A stretch of DNA of 64,000 nucleotides from Podarcis filfolensis (lineage: Eukaryota). Position 1 is the first letter of the stretch. Each line of letters starts with the position of its first letter. The stretch is taken from NCBI GenBank assembly GCA_964270895.1, contig OZ185447.1. The stretch is one strand, 5' to 3'. The translations under genes were made by a program, and so were the position numbers. The notes beneath the pieces are model-generated. The model saw only the letters and a program-made list of their open reading frames with translations. It was not told where the DNA came from and searched no databases. This document shows positions 24,264-37,989 of this stretch, one piece after another.

Positions 24264-25319
24264 AAAAAAACTTTCTTACTAACCTGCACATTATTCATTA
24301 TTCAGCCTATTTTGAATTATTTTAAGGATATTGTTTTCTATTTAAAAATAATATACCCATCTAAGTATGTCAGATGGGTAAAGTTGTAACACACACAATT
24401 CAAATATTAGCAGTCCTCTTTCCATACTGTTTCGTTATCTACCTGCACATTGGATTCCATCTATATATGGAGAATTAGCAAAGCTAACTATATATAATAA
24501 ATCATGTCATCCTACACTTACACAGTACAGTGTAGCTATTTAAGCTTGTGGCAAAATGGAACTAAGGAGATGCTCGGACATGTAAATGGAGAAAAAAACA
24601 TTAGGAGCCAGCTGTCTTGCCAAGCAGTTTTCTTGTTACGATAAAGCAGGAAGTCTGAGCAACAGCTGCAGGCCAACAAAAATAAAATGCTGCCTGGTCT
24701 CACATTGGTCCTTCAAACGTAACTTGTTTCAAAGGCATTATTATATATTCTTATCAAGTCAGTCCTCTTCTGCAATTCTGTATTTAATGCTGACAGAGAG
24801 TATGTTTGGCCTCACATGTAAAGGAATCAAATCCGGCTGACTACTTCTAAAGCAGGCATGTGCAACTTTGACTTACCAAGATGAATGCAGCCCACCTACC
24901 ACATACTGCAGCCTGTCAGTTGGATAATAAACCCCCTACCTATAAGGCCCTGGTGGGTCACCATCCATGGCTGTTCAGCTGAGCTGAGGTTAATGACAGC
25001 CTGGCAGGTCTGCTTGAAAGCTTGTGGAAAACCAGCCACATCTAATTCAAACTGCAAATGAAATAACCTGAAGCAGGTCTCAAACATGACTCTGGCTGAT
25101 ATGCTGAGAAACCATATTATAAAGGAGCAAGCACTTATGCAAGTACCAATTAAAGTTGGAATCCTATGCAAATGCAGTTAGGAGTAAGCTCCATTGAAAC
25201 CTAATTCTTACAAAACCTACATCAGATTGTACTGTGCGACTGCTAGAATTCCCAGAAGAGACGGCTAAGTATTTTTCTCTCACTTCCAGATACTTTCACA
25301 GAGAGCCCTGTCCTCTTAC

Positions 25320-25491
25320 CTTTGTTGCACAGTTCGCAGACATGATTCGGCCCTTGGCTGTGTACTTTCATGTGGTCCGTGATGTAGGCGGCGCTCAGCA
25401 TCTTTCCACACACGTGACATGGCACCTTCTCCTCATGACGGACTGTGTGAGCACGCAGCCGATCCTTGGTGGCAAAGGCTGCTTCACATGT
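25320..25491 (-). CDS. MAZ: MAZ coding exon 4 (zinc fingers; TCEAAFATKDRLRAHTVRHEEKVPCHVCGKMLSAAYITDHMKVHSQGPNHVCELCNK)
   Basis: tttctgcag| acceptor, G|gtaaga donor, 172 nt, phase 0 to 1. Confidence 0.96.
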
Positions 25492-25725
25492 CTGCAGAAA
25501 CAGAGAGAAAGGAATCATGGCGGAAATGTTTTTGCCTACAGCAGCCCACTTCCCAAGGCAACCAAAGACTATGGGACTTGAGAACGTGCAAAGTTCCCTT
25601 TAAGTACAGGGGACCTGACATTGCCTTCTCTTGCACCAGAAACTCAGGCAGATTATTGGGGACAAATTAAATAAGGGGAGGGAGTAGAGAGTTGATACAG
25701 CAATACTGTCAGTGGGGGAAGGTAC

Positions 25726-25789
25726 CTCACATTTGAAGGGCCTCTCTGTCGAGTGGACTTGCCGCACATGGCTGTTCAAATGGTCCGGA
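25726..25789 (-). CDS. MAZ: MAZ coding exon 3 (R-PDHLNSHVRQVHSTERPFKCE)
   Basis: ttcctcccacag| acceptor, GAG|gtacct donor, 64 nt, phase 2 to 0; not present in the ORF track. Confidence 0.95.
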
Positions 25790-26399
25790 CTGTGGGAGGA
25801 AAGAAATATTCAAGTAAGTGATCTGTTCTTGAGGAATTCTCTTTCATTCCCTGCTAAAAAGGTCCATGTCCCCCTCATTATTAAATTCATCTCCTTTTCC
25901 TTCTCAATCCCAACTATGTTGCTATAGTTGCATGTCTCCTAGAGCTGGGTTGTCCCTGTTTCTTTTACTGGTAAAGTTTTTCTGCTTTTAACAGATGCAT
26001 AGGAATATGCTTCTTTTGGAAAAGCTGTTCCTCTTAAACGCCAGTTAGCTTGCAGCTGTTAACAGTACAATAACTCTGTCATTAAAAAGTGCCAGTTATA
26101 GTTTTAACAGGCTTAATTCATCATTTTTAAGCATTCACTGATGTGAGTCTAGGCAAGATGAGTGGGGGAGACTATGTGCCTACAGAAATGTTCTTGGGGA
26201 ATTCATCCACTCAATGGTTTATTAATTAGCCACAGATTAGTCACAGATACTGATAAAACCTAAGCTGGAAAACAATTCAGAAAAGGATTTGACACTCAAG
26301 AATCCAACTGATTTACAGGGAACCCTCCATTAGAAAGCAAGCTGAAAATAGAAACTGTAAACTTAGAACTGAGACGATGCTGACATGTTTTAATGTCTT

Positions 26400-26530
26400 T
26401 TTAGTTTAGAGTTGCTTTTAATTTTTTTAAACGTTTCTTATTTTTAACTAGCTTTGTTGTTAATATTCTTGTAAACCTTTTAGAGGTTTTGTTACAATAA
26501 AATGGCATATAAATTTTGCTAAATAAAATA
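26400..26530 (+). mobile_element. Degenerate L2-like LINE 3' end
   Basis: AT-rich stretch ending ttgtaaaccttttagagg...aataaaatggcatataaat, typical squamate LINE tail; similar remnant at ~32040-32190. Confidence 0.4.
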
Positions 26531-28667
26531 AAGGTTGTCACTTATTTGAAAGGGTAAGAAAGTGCAGTGTTAAAAAATGGGAGCAACCTTGAATATACAT
26601 AGCTAGCTTGCCTAGAGGAAATTTCTACAGCACATGTGTAATTTATGTGCTTTCTGCTGCTAAAATTACAATCCCTTGTGGTGATGAAAAGAAATTCTGG
26701 ATATATTCAAGGAGTTTCTACCCAACAAAATAAACAAAAAGGGTGTAGAAAACAGTGTGTTCTAGTCAGGTGTTAGGTCCTCTGTATTTTATGTAGTTCT
26801 GTGTGACTTGAGTGTATATGTATCAGACCATACCAACACTCATATTTTAAAGACCTACTTTAAAAAGGTTGCATTTCTAAAGTTATTTCTTTAAAAGCCC
26901 ATGTTTACTCCTTTATTGTTGCAAGCCTGACTCTATGGCATCTAGGAGCTGTGAAGCCTGGAATGTTACTAGAATTTTTTGTTAAATAGGTTAAATAAAT
27001 TTGTAATTTTATGTCATGAACCACCCTGAGATCTATGGGTATAGTGCAGTACACAACTTTAATAAACCAATCAACCAACCTACGCCTGTCCTCCTGCTTC
27101 CATTTCTACAAGGGGCCGTCAGATCAGAAAACTTGAGCACATTCTTTTTATGTTCATGCTTTTTTTGGGGGCTTACAAGAACATTTAAAGCTCATGGGGA
27201 AATTATTGACTAATTTGTTTCTCTGGAATTTTCTTTATATTTTGAGGACAGGCTGCTCTTGCTGTTCCATGCAACTGCAGGTCCACACAAAACCTAGGCC
27301 AAGTGTAGGAATTGAGAAGGCCTAACTTATCTTAAAGATCAAGTGTATTCTTTCTACAGTTGTACAGAAAAGCTGGCAAATGTAACGGCAATTCTGGTAA
27401 AATCTCAGAAGCAAAGGGGGAGAAACCTGGTCACAGAGCCTTTCTAATCAGGCTGCAACATATTAGTGTTCTATGCTGCCAGCATGGTGACAATGCAATT
27501 ACTAAGTACATTTGCAAATGTTTAAATCTGGAAATGTGAAGTTTTTTTTCCCCACAAGCTGACCTCATTGTCTGTTGCTTGAGCTAACAGCCAATTAATA
27601 TGCAAAGGAATTCCATAGATCTGGCACTTCTTGAACTGTACACTTCAGACTGCAGGTGAAGGACTACATGTTTGAAAGTACCTCCCTGTTAAAACAAATC
27701 CCTTGAATGAAAAGCTAGCATGTCAAGAAAGCTTTTAGTTTCTTACCAGCATGCTAGTTCAGTATATGCAGGGATTTGTTTTTACACGGAGGAACAATGA
27801 AACATGGACATGTCTGTTGAGTTGACAAAGTCAAGGAGAAGTCTTATGCTATTTCTACATGTTTGAATCTGACCTGAATATCAAATTGTGGGGTTATATT
27901 TATATTTTCCTGTTTCTTTTCAATACTTTATGAAAGCCACTTGTTGCACTTTTGTGAAGGTTCTTTGAATGTCTACACTTACCTCTCATGGGTGTCGATG
28001 CCTCAATCCCAGTTAGAAGCCTCTTGTTAATGGTTGCATTTTATAGGTAGTCAGAAAGAAACACTGCCTAACACTCTTTGGTATTACGATACAAAAGTAC
28101 TAGTGGCAGGACTGGGGAAATTTTCTGGTTTGGGTTATACACTGCAAACTTAAAATAAGACAGTGAGCCACAATTGAGAAAATATGTGCTTTCACATGCC
28201 TCCCCTTTCCTTTCTTTCTGTCCTGTTTGTTCATCTGGATTGGTACGTAAGAACTGCAATGAGTTAGCTGCTCCTAGGAATGGAACTGGTGAGGGATTTG
28301 GATGGATTTCCCATGCGGTCTTTACTGTTCTGGAGTCCTCCCACAGAACCAGCACCAGCTGGTGTCCCTTAGAAAACCTCTTATATGGCCAAGGTAGTCA
28401 AGATTAGCCTTGGAGGAATTTGAGTTATGGCAAGAGCTGCAAAGGGAAGGGATCCTGAGGCGCCCCCAGACATCCCTCAATCAGTTAATGTTAGCTTCTA
28501 GTCTAATAGTGCCATCCTAACTCACACTGGTTCAAGATGTTGTCTGCTAAAGCTTATTCTCTATCACAAGGGGAAACACCTTTTCTAAAAGCCAACCTTC
28601 CTCACGTAAGCCCTGCAACAAGTCCCCTTTGAACTGCCTCCTCCCTGCACCCTTGAATCCCTCGTAC

Positions 28668-29458
28668 CGAGAGAAACTCTTTCCACAGTGGCTGCAGATG
28701 TACGGCTTGTGCACAGCACCATCATGCGAACGGACGTGATAGCTCATGCGATCCTTCCGCTTGAATCGCTGCTGGCAGACAGGACACTGGTAGGGCTTCT
28801 CGTCTGAATGAGACAACTTATGCCGATTGAGATGGTAGACGTCCCGGAAGGCTTTCCCACACATCTCACAAGCATGGTTCTTCCGGATGCGTTTGCCTGA
28901 TGCTGTAGTGGTCACCAGCCCTGCTCCTGACCCTGCTGTGTTTCCTGCACCTTCGGCAGGGGCAGGTGTTGCTGCTGTTGTGCCACCGATGGCGGAAACA
29001 CTAAGCAAGCTGAGGGGGACCATGGTGGGCATCTTCATGGTCGTGGGTCCAGCACGAGAAGCTTTGGCCCCCGTATGAATGGCTTCATGGCGCCGCAGGT
29101 TGTAGCCATTTTTGAATTCTTTAGCACACAGGGAGCAGATGTAGGGACCTTTGCTCTTGGGCTTCTTCTGGGCATCACCTTGCTGTTGCGTAGCAGAAGC
29201 CGCCTGGGAGCTTGGGGCTTGTGTAGTTTGAGAGGATGGTGCTACCTGCCCACCACCACCCTCAGAAGCAGAAGGTTGCTGCTGCTTCAAAGCGGCCGTG
29301 TCTACTGTGGAAGCAGATGGTGCGGAGCCAGTAGCGGCAGCAACCACAGCAGCCGCAGCGGCTGTTTCCTGGGCTGCAGCCAAGACTGGAAGGAGATCCA
29401 CTTGGAGGGATTCAGCAGGGGTGGCTGTCTGCTGGGGAGGGGCTGTTGTGGTGGCAGT
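28668..29458 (-). CDS. MAZ: MAZ coding exon 2 (Ala/Gln-rich region and C2H2 fingers 1-4)
   Basis: ttttctgttcag| acceptor in frame with ORF 28547..29401; KSKGPYIC..CAKEFKNGYNLRRHEAIH and NHACEMCGKAFRDVYHLNRHKLSH diagnostic of MAZ; donor CG|gtacga; 791 nt. Confidence 0.97.
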
Positions 29459-32400
29459 CTGAACAGAAAAGAGATTTTATACTTGAAAAATACAGTAATG
29501 AACAATGAATCCTGAAAGCCTACAGTATTCTAGAAACTTGTAGAGTGGATGGAATAGTAAATTCCCATTTCAAAAGCATCCGTCTCTCATAAACTAGCTT
29601 GAACTCATCTTAGGTGGGGGAAGACTAAGGTGGGCTGGATTATTATTTACCAAATGTTATGGAAGGAGAAGCAGGAATACTCACTACAAACACTCACCAG
29701 CTCCACTGAATAGTTAGAATTCAAGTTAAAGAGCTGGGCATCTCAGAGTTGGAGAGCTCTGCTTTTACAGATACCATGCCCTGCAAAGTGAAGACTTGGG
29801 TATTTCTTACTAAGTCTGGAAAATCTAGCTCAGTACAGTGCCATCAGCTTAAGTGTACTGGAAGCTTCACCCTAACTCTAACCACAGAAACTACTAGCCC
29901 ATTTGCTCTCATGCATCTGCACGTTTACAGGTGGGAGAAGGACAACCAGGTTCCAGTTTGTTAAACATTTCTTGCTGGTTGCCTGTGTGTCAAAGGCAAC
30001 TGGATGATTGGCTGTTTACAAAGCTGGATTACAGAAACTTTATCTGGGATAGCTTTCTGCCTACCTTAAATGTGTACCCTCCATTCTAATAATACATATC
30101 ATAAGTCTTTAAAATTGATGCCAGTGAATGGTGTGGAAACCACAGCATGCCTGAAGCTAATCAGGTGTGAACCTGATCATTCTCTTGGATGGGAGTTCCG
30201 AGTACGAGCAGAATATAAAAAACACATTAGAAAAGAAATTCAGCCTACAATATCTCATTACATATATGGCTGATGCAGCTTTGTACTATTTAAGTACTAG
30301 CCTGGTAGCCATGAGAAGGAATTCTATGCAGGCAAGTGAGTAGTCTCGGGAAGGAGTTTTCCATCCCTCCTGTGCACCTACCAGAGAAATGCAGCTAACT
30401 GATGCAGGAGGGACAAAGCTCTCTGTCCATCTGCCATCCCTAGTGTGCTAGTAAAAACATGGCAGAAAAGCAATGTTTGTAAACTTATTTACAAGGCTTT
30501 TAGAAAGAAGAAATGCATAGATTTGAGCCAACCACCATTTAGACACCAATTTGTTCTTATTCCTTAGCCAAAATATTTCCCAAAATTTTCAATCAGGAAA
30601 TAAATCACAGGATTAGAGAAAAATGTGTTTGAAACCTTTTAAAAATCTAGAAAAGTATTCTTTTAAAAATGCTAACAATTTAGAAATCAATTTCAATGAA
30701 AATATGTTCAGTCCATATATGGCAATCCATGGGTCCAAACTAAGCCGTTTTACTTTGTGATTTTCACATTTACAAAGAGAGATTAAATTTTTTCACTCCA
30801 AATTCTACAAACCAAAAATTACCTCTTCACTGAGCAGCTTTTGTGCATTAGCTATATAAGGTGATGAACATAATTTAACTCCAGGCAACAAAAAAATACA
30901 TAAGGACCCATGGTACTGGCTTGCCTGGCTAGAAGACTTTCTAGTGCCCATCACCATCAGAAAACAGTAAGGACAACTACCATATCATGAAGTGACAGTC
31001 TTTCTTAACTTCTATAGATGTGAACTTAAGAAGAGACTTGAATTCAAATTCCTGTTCAGTCACTGATTTGTGACCAAGGTCAAGTCATATGTGTCAGAAA
31101 CTAGGCAGAGTTACTTGGAAGTAAATTATGCTTTGTTTTGTATTGCTTATTCCCAGGAAAATGTGTGAAGGACTAACCCCTTAATCTCTGCACACTGGTC
31201 AGAAAAATGGAACAAGGGATGCTATCAGGAAAAATGACAAACCACTACATAAACCTAAGTTCAATCTAGCATTTCAGAGATCTGTTATTATTCAAAAATA
31301 CAGTCGTCTTGGTTATGTTCCTTCACGACCTTTTAAATTCAATTTAGAGCATTATCTGTAAGTGAAGTTCAAATAGTTCTTTCTCTGGCACAGGTCTGTC
31401 AGCATCCAAGTCTGGGTAGCTTCCAAAACAACCAGCTATATGCAACATTAGTTATACTCAGAACAGATCCACTGAAATCAATGAACCTAAGTAATACCAG
31501 TTGATTTCACTGGGTCAACTCAGGGTATGATTTAATTAGATATTACCCAATAAAACTTTGATTTAGATTGCTTTTTAAAGTATAGAGTTAACGAGGGAAG
31601 GGCTGACCTTAAACTGCAATCCTATGCCTACTGAACATGGTGACACTTACTTCGGAAAAAATGTGTATGGGATAAAGCTGCCTATCAGGGTATTTATACA
31701 ATAATAATTTATTTTGTTTTAATTTGTTACCTGTTGAAGTCTGGGATATATGAGGCTAGTAATAATAATAATAATAAAAGCAAAACAAATCTAAATAGAA
31801 CCAAGATAATATGTGCACAGCAAGGCAGAATTCTTGGCCCCAGTAAAACTTTAACTTTTAATTCAGAGTAAACTTGAAGTGCACCAGATTAACTTCATGG
31901 GTTTGGTAACTGAGAACTGGGAGAAGGGGACCGTTTCTTTTAACATAAGGGTACTTGGCTTTAAAACTCTGCACAAGCTTTATTGGGTGGTCTCTGGCAA
32001 ATCATTATTTCAGAGCCTCAGTCCCACAACTGTTTTATGCTATTTTTTTAAAATTGCTGCTGCTTCTGTAATGATTTTAATTGACTGAATATAGTTGTAT
32101 TTTATTGATTTTAATTTGTGAACTGCCCAGAGGACATGGTTAATTGGGTGGTATATAAATGCTGAAAGTAAACAAATAAAAATAAACATTAAGTGACTGA
32201 CATCAAGTAAGAGTGGCTAAATAAGTGTAAAACAGTATTTACAGTAAGAAATACAGAAATTATTTTTTAAAATCAAGTATTTGTACAGGGTACCCTTTGA
32301 GGTTGAGGCAATTCGTATAAAAAATTTTGGTCTCCAGCACTGAGATGCAGCTGCCTTAAGTAGATATCGTTTTTCAAAGGGGTCCATCGCTCTCCATTTG

Positions 32401-33949
32401 GTGCCCAGACAGAGCTCACCTGGAAGGGGCTTTGACTGCAGCCCTGAGCAGCAAAAAATCTGGACTGGATTTCGGTCCCAACCTGCAGAGGGTTCTGTGT
32501 ATGACTCTGCTAAAGAGACAGGAAAAAAGAAAGATTAGGGAACCTTAAAAGAAAAAGAATCCTCCCCACCCTTCAGCAAATTTGGAACTCAAGAGTTAAA
32601 TTCAAAGGACGGCAAGAGAGAAATGGGTAATTGTAGGAAATCAGTGTGTTTGGTTATTCCACAGGAACTATGGGTGATGAGGTGAAAGATGTAAAGAGAG
32701 CAGCAATTGCTTGACCCAAGTAACTTCAAGCACTGTATGTACGTGTGGAGTAGTTATGGTTTACAACAGGAAAAATATGGGGTTGAATCCAATGTAAGTG
32801 GGACAATTTAAATTAATAAGATATGCCTTTCTGGTGCATTAATTTCAGTGGGTCTACTCTAAGCAGAACTTAGTTGGTTTCCCATGGTGTGGGGAAGGAG
32901 GAAAGTTTGTTTGTGGGAGAACAGAAAGCTAGGTGTAAGGTATGGGACTGTAAAGATAAATTGCTACACTGGTCCAAGATGAAGGTTTGAATATTGTGTA
33001 CAAAAGTATGGAATAAAAGAGGGCATGTACTAGGAGAGTCTACTTTTCTTCAGGAATGGGGAAAACGGTAGGCAAGGGATTCCCAACAGCAGTAAATATG
33101 GGACAGCATTATGTTAAGGTGTATGCCTGGGAGATTCCCCCTCCCCAACCACACACATGATGGTGAAGTACTAGGGGAGCCATGTCTCTGACTTAGAAGA
33201 GGAGAGACATTAAGGGAAAAGCAAGAACAGTAGTTGCATATCTGAAAAAGGGGAAGGCCTGAGGCTCAGCTCTGCAAAGGGAAAACCCTGGCAGGAAGCC
33301 CTAGGAGGGAGGGCGATTACCCAGGAAAGGAGTCAAGGGTGACAGCAGCAGGCAGGAGGTTATTATTTGGTCAGAAACTGGAAAGGGGAGGTGGCTGGGG
33401 AGGTGGGGCTGCAGGTTTAAAGAGGAAATTGTCTGCAAGGGAGGCTCAAGAAGTGGAAGCAGGAGGTTAAGACAAGGAGCTCCAAAGGGTGGGGAAGTAG
33501 GGGCCTCATGCAATCTTGACAAAATTTGGCCACACATGCCTGGTCACAGGAAAAGTTGGAGGTAATGTACCTCCCACCATGTATACAGCCACTATCTATA
33601 TCATAATGCATTTGTAGGTGAGGAGGAAAGAAGTGGGGTCATCTCCCTGCATTTTTTAATGTCCAGAGACGGCCCCTTTAGGAGTCCACACATAAAGGTA
33701 GGCAGGAAACAGGTGGGAAATCCAACACTACACCTGTTGGCTGCCAAAGGTCACACCTAGCTACCTCCTTTTGTGCCTGCGCTTCAGGGTAAGTAAATAG
33801 CGGGGCCAGGAAATGAGCATGAAGCCTCTCCTTGGCATGTGTGGCCAAACTCGCACTGGTGTTAGGCAGAAACCCCTAGAGGGCACAGCTTTGGGGAGAG
33901 GAAAGCAATTATGGCAGGAGGACATTTTATTTTGTGGGGGGCATGACGG

Positions 33950-35060
33950 GAAGAGAGGATTATGCGCGCGTAGCCTTGGAGAGGGCGAGGCAGCTGTAGT
34001 GCGTGTGTATCGGGGGGGGGGGGCATTTTGGAAAGCAGGATCACTGGGAGTGGGACCGAGGAGGCACCGAGGTAGCAACTGGCAGGGAAAAAGGTGGGGG
34101 ACAAGCGCGAGGGGATGGGCAGAGCGAGCGCGAGAGGGAGGTGACCGTTGGTGGGGGGGAGAGGGAGATGAAGCGCGAGGCGGAGGGAGGGGCTGGGCAC
34201 AGCGAGCGTAGAGAACGAGGGGGTAGGGGGAGCGCAAGGCTGCGCTGGGCGGAGGGAGGTGACCGTTGGGGCAGCGCGAGGCGGGGGGGGGGGGAGCGCG
34301 TGCTGAGTGCGCCCTGCTGGCCCGCGCGCGCAAGGGCCCCCGCCCGCTGGGATTCCCGAGGGGAGGGGCGGGGCAGGGAGGGTGTGAGCGGGGAGCCTAG
34401 AGCTCTTGCTTGCGCTCCCTTGTCCTTCTCCGCTCGCGCTCCCCCCCTTTTTTTAGCGGAGAAGGGAGGGGGGAAGGTGGAGGAGAAGGGAGGGGGGGTT
34501 ACCTGGAAGATGAAGCTGCTCCAGTTGCTCGGGTCCATGGCGGCGGCAACGAGCGGGGGAGGGGGGGTTCAGCTCGGCGAGAGGGGGGGTCGGGAAGGGA
34601 GGGGGGAGCGAGTGGGGAGCAGCAGCAACGTCGCGCGGGCGGGGGGAGTGAAGGTGGGAGGGGGGATAGAGCGAGGAGGCAGCGGCGCGAGGAAACCTCG
34701 GCGCGCACGCTGATTGGCCCCCTCTGCGCGCGCGCGCGCCCCCCGGCGCCACAGCCTCTCTGGGCGGGGAGGGGTGAAGAGGGGGTATGGAGAAGGCGGC
34801 AGGTAGCGATTGGGTGGGGCTGCCGTCCTCGCTCCCGACGTGCGCGGGATCGTACAAAAGGCCCCCACGTGTGGTGCTTGCTGATTGGGTGGAGTGACGA
34901 GCGCTGTGGCCGTAGGGTTTTTTTCTTTTAAAGAAGAAAGTTGATTGGCCGGCGCCGAGGCGGCCGCGCGCGAGTAACGGTTGCTCCTTTCCCCTCCCCG
35001 TTAGTTTTCTTTTGAGTGACTCCGTCCCCTCTCACAAAATGGCCGCCAGGGAAGAGCTTC
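33950..35060. promoter_or_regulatory. MAZ: MAZ CpG-island promoter with G-run/G4 tracts, four CCAAT boxes, an E-box and a YY1-like site
   Basis: ATTGG at 34713, 34809, 34884, 34944; CACGTG 34866-34871; AAAATGGCCGCC 35036-35047; many GGGAGGG motifs; dense CpG. Confidence 0.85.
34503..34538 (-). CDS. MAZ: MAZ coding exon 1 (MDPSNWSSFIFQ)
   Basis: Perfect Kozak gccgccgccATGG, donor CAG|gtaacc, phase 0 matches exon 2; resembles the MAZ/VEZF1-family N-terminus. Spliced CDS is 394 aa, or 416 aa with the alternative exon. Confidence 0.9.
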
Positions 35061-36839
35061 ATCCGTAATGGCCATTATGGTGCCTTTTCTCTTTCTGCCC
35101 CTCATTCCGTATTATTCAACTCCCTGCCGTACACTTATGTCGCCTATATTTAAAAAAATGTCGCAGGGAAGACGAACGAACTCGACAGCATATTTGGGCT
35201 TGCAGGTACTAGTAAGTAAGGTGTAGGACGATCTGCATGACGCCTGCTGTGATCTAGAACTTAACACAGATAGACAGCTATGCTTTCATAGTATGGATTA
35301 TGTCACTAGCATGCGGCATTGTACTGCAGCTTCAACCATATCTGGAAATAAACCCCGTTGAATCCAGTAGAAATTCTGAATAGATTTGGTTTGTATTGCC
35401 CTCTTGGCGCTTACACCACGAACAGGAGATCTTACTCATTTATGCAAGTTACTTTAATGTGACTTTTATGCAGACTTAACCTAGACAACCTTCAGCAAGA
35501 ACTTGAGTTAAATGTGAGACTTCTAACTCTCTCTCACCTTTTGGCAAAGAAGGCCTCAACCACAATTATCTAGGGTCCCTTGTTTTATCACATGACGGGC
35601 TTGGGAAAACATCAGCATCGCATTTGTGCACCAAATGATCTTAACTGAGCTCATATTTAGCACCACAATGCTGCTGACTCAACTTGGCAGGCAAACAGAT
35701 AACTTTTAGTAGAAATCCCAGTGGGTAATACCTTGTTATTTTTACTGTGATCGCTGTCCCATGCACCCTGTTCAATCCACATTATACTTGTGCCAGGGCA
35801 GATTTGTAAGTTAGCTACGTTGATTTATTATATGCTATTTTACTACATTTATAATTTTCTTGTCCTCCAAGGAGTTAAAGTGGTGTACTTGATACCCTGT
35901 GGGATAAGTTCCAGATAGTGACAACTTCAAGGTCACCCAGAGCTTCATGGGCCAATGGGAATTTGAACACTATGAAGTCTTCCTTGTACTAGAGGGATAC
36001 TAACCTCTATAGCACTCTGTCTCCTGGCTTGAATTGCACTCTGCAACCACAAACCACTGAGCGTCAGACTTTTATATGGATGCTGTCAACATATTTTCTC
36101 AGCGCCTCTGCTTGGTTTTGAGTTGGACTTTTAAAAAAATCTTCCAGTAACCAATTTTCTACAAGCCTGTGTCTTGAATGATTCTGATAACTTCTCTGTT
36201 TTAAAGCCAACCCAAAACACAAGTTTACAACCTATTTGTTGTATCCTTTGTAGCACTGAACTGGGCAAATTGAGGAGTGCTTTTGAGGGATTACAATGTA
36301 TCGCTATTATAATTGCTATATAATAGGAAGATGCTTCAAATACTTAAGTGGTGGTGGAGGAGGTGAAAATAAACATTTTCTAACAATGACAGAATGTGTG
36401 GCCCTGCTCCTGGATCATGCATATTCCAAAATATAACTCTGTTGTTTATGAGTGGATATAGAATTGCAGTTCAATTTCATAGTCAATGGGACTTACTCCC
36501 AGCAAAGAGGGACTATGAGTGCAGCCCTGCTGTGCAATCCTGTGCGTGCTTTCAAAAGCAAAGCCTTCTATGTTGAATGATGTTTACTCACAGGCAAGTA
36601 TGCTTAGGATCGCTGCCTTAGGGCTTCCAAGTAAATAGGCATCGAAGTGGAATGCCCATCATGTTTGCCGCACAAGTGAGGTCACGCAGTTTGCTTGGAT
36701 GTGACGGCAGAGGAAGTGGCTGACAGATTAACAACTCAAAATGACACGCTTTTGTTTTTCTGGTGCACCTTTCAAATGGCTGAAGTGGACAATATTCCTT
36801 AAATTAAAAAACAACAACAGACTAGGTGACGTTACGCTA

Positions 36840-37270
36840 CAGAATTTGTCTTGTTTTGGAAGCTATTTCTCAACGCGCATGCGTTTTGCAGCAGTTCGGT
36901 ACCGTAGTCTGAAAAGAAGGAAAATACGCATGCGCTTTGAGAAGGAACGGGGGCGTAGCAGTGAGCCGTGCATAGACCGATGCGGAGGCTCTGCGAAAAC
37001 AATACGCTCGTGCGCAGTACAGCTCGCTGGTTGTGTCGCGCGCGCGGCTATATAGTGTAAATAAATCAATGCGCATGCTCCTAAAGCCACGGAGAGCGCA
37101 TGCGCAGCGGGACGCCTGCGTCTTCCGACTGCCGTGAAGAATGCAGTATGCGTTTGCCGCATGCGTAGTAAAAGCACCTCGCGATTTGCCGCCTCCCCTC
37201 GTTTCCCGTATGAGTTGTGATCTCCATTTTACGCTGCCTGAGCGCCAGCAGTGCCGCCTGTGAGCGAATT
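36840..37270. promoter_or_regulatory. Promoter-like CpG cluster with five NRF1-like (GCGCATGCG) motifs and no adjacent coding exon
   Basis: Motifs at 36874-36883, 36927-36935, 37070-37078, 37096-37106, 37158-37165 in an otherwise CpG-depleted background. Confidence 0.65.
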
Positions 37271-37989
37271 TCAGGCCGGATTGTTTCATGTTTGCAATAA
37301 ATGTGAAGAGGCCAGGATTGAAAGCAGTTGCTCAAGAGTATTCCTGATGAAGAATTAAGTGTGAAGCACGTTGGGTTTAATTTTTAAAAACGCATATATT
37401 ATTCAGTCTTCTATCCCTGCGACTGATGCCTTCCCGTTTACTGTTAATGTGTAAGAAGGAAGAAAATAAAGCATCAAAAGTAACCAGGAATTCCCACCTT
37501 CAATTAAACTAAAGAAAGTATTTAACTGATAATTATTTTGTAGACCTCATGTGATCTTCGTGGACTTGAAGAAAAGTACAGCCCAGGTGTGAGAGGGGTA
37601 GCACTGTAAGGAAAAAAGGAATCATAGAAGACTCCTCTTCAAGCTAGAATTTCAATAAATTTCTCCCCCAAGCCGTTTTGTGTATCCAATAACCAGAAAA
37701 GTGCTGAAATAATTTCTCATACATTGCTTCTGTAATCGTTAAAATGATGTTGTGAGGTTGGCTTTTCTTTTTCATTTGTATACTGCCCACCATCTGAAAA
37801 TCTCCGGTGGTTCACAACAAAAATAAAAGATAAAGAAACCCACAAAATATAAGATAAAAACAAAAACCAGCAATGGTCCCCTCCCTGCCACACACAGCAA
37901 AGGTCTGGTTGTAGAGAAATGTAATGAAGGCACCAGGCGGACCTTCCTGGGGAGAGCAAATAAACAAGAAGGCCCGTTCTTGTATTGCC

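Noticed and set aside
33761-34931. Long overlapping ORFs (112-236 aa) in the MAZ CpG island
   Set aside because: Low-complexity Gly/Arg/Pro translations expected in very GC-rich DNA; only the 36-nt exon fits a gene model.
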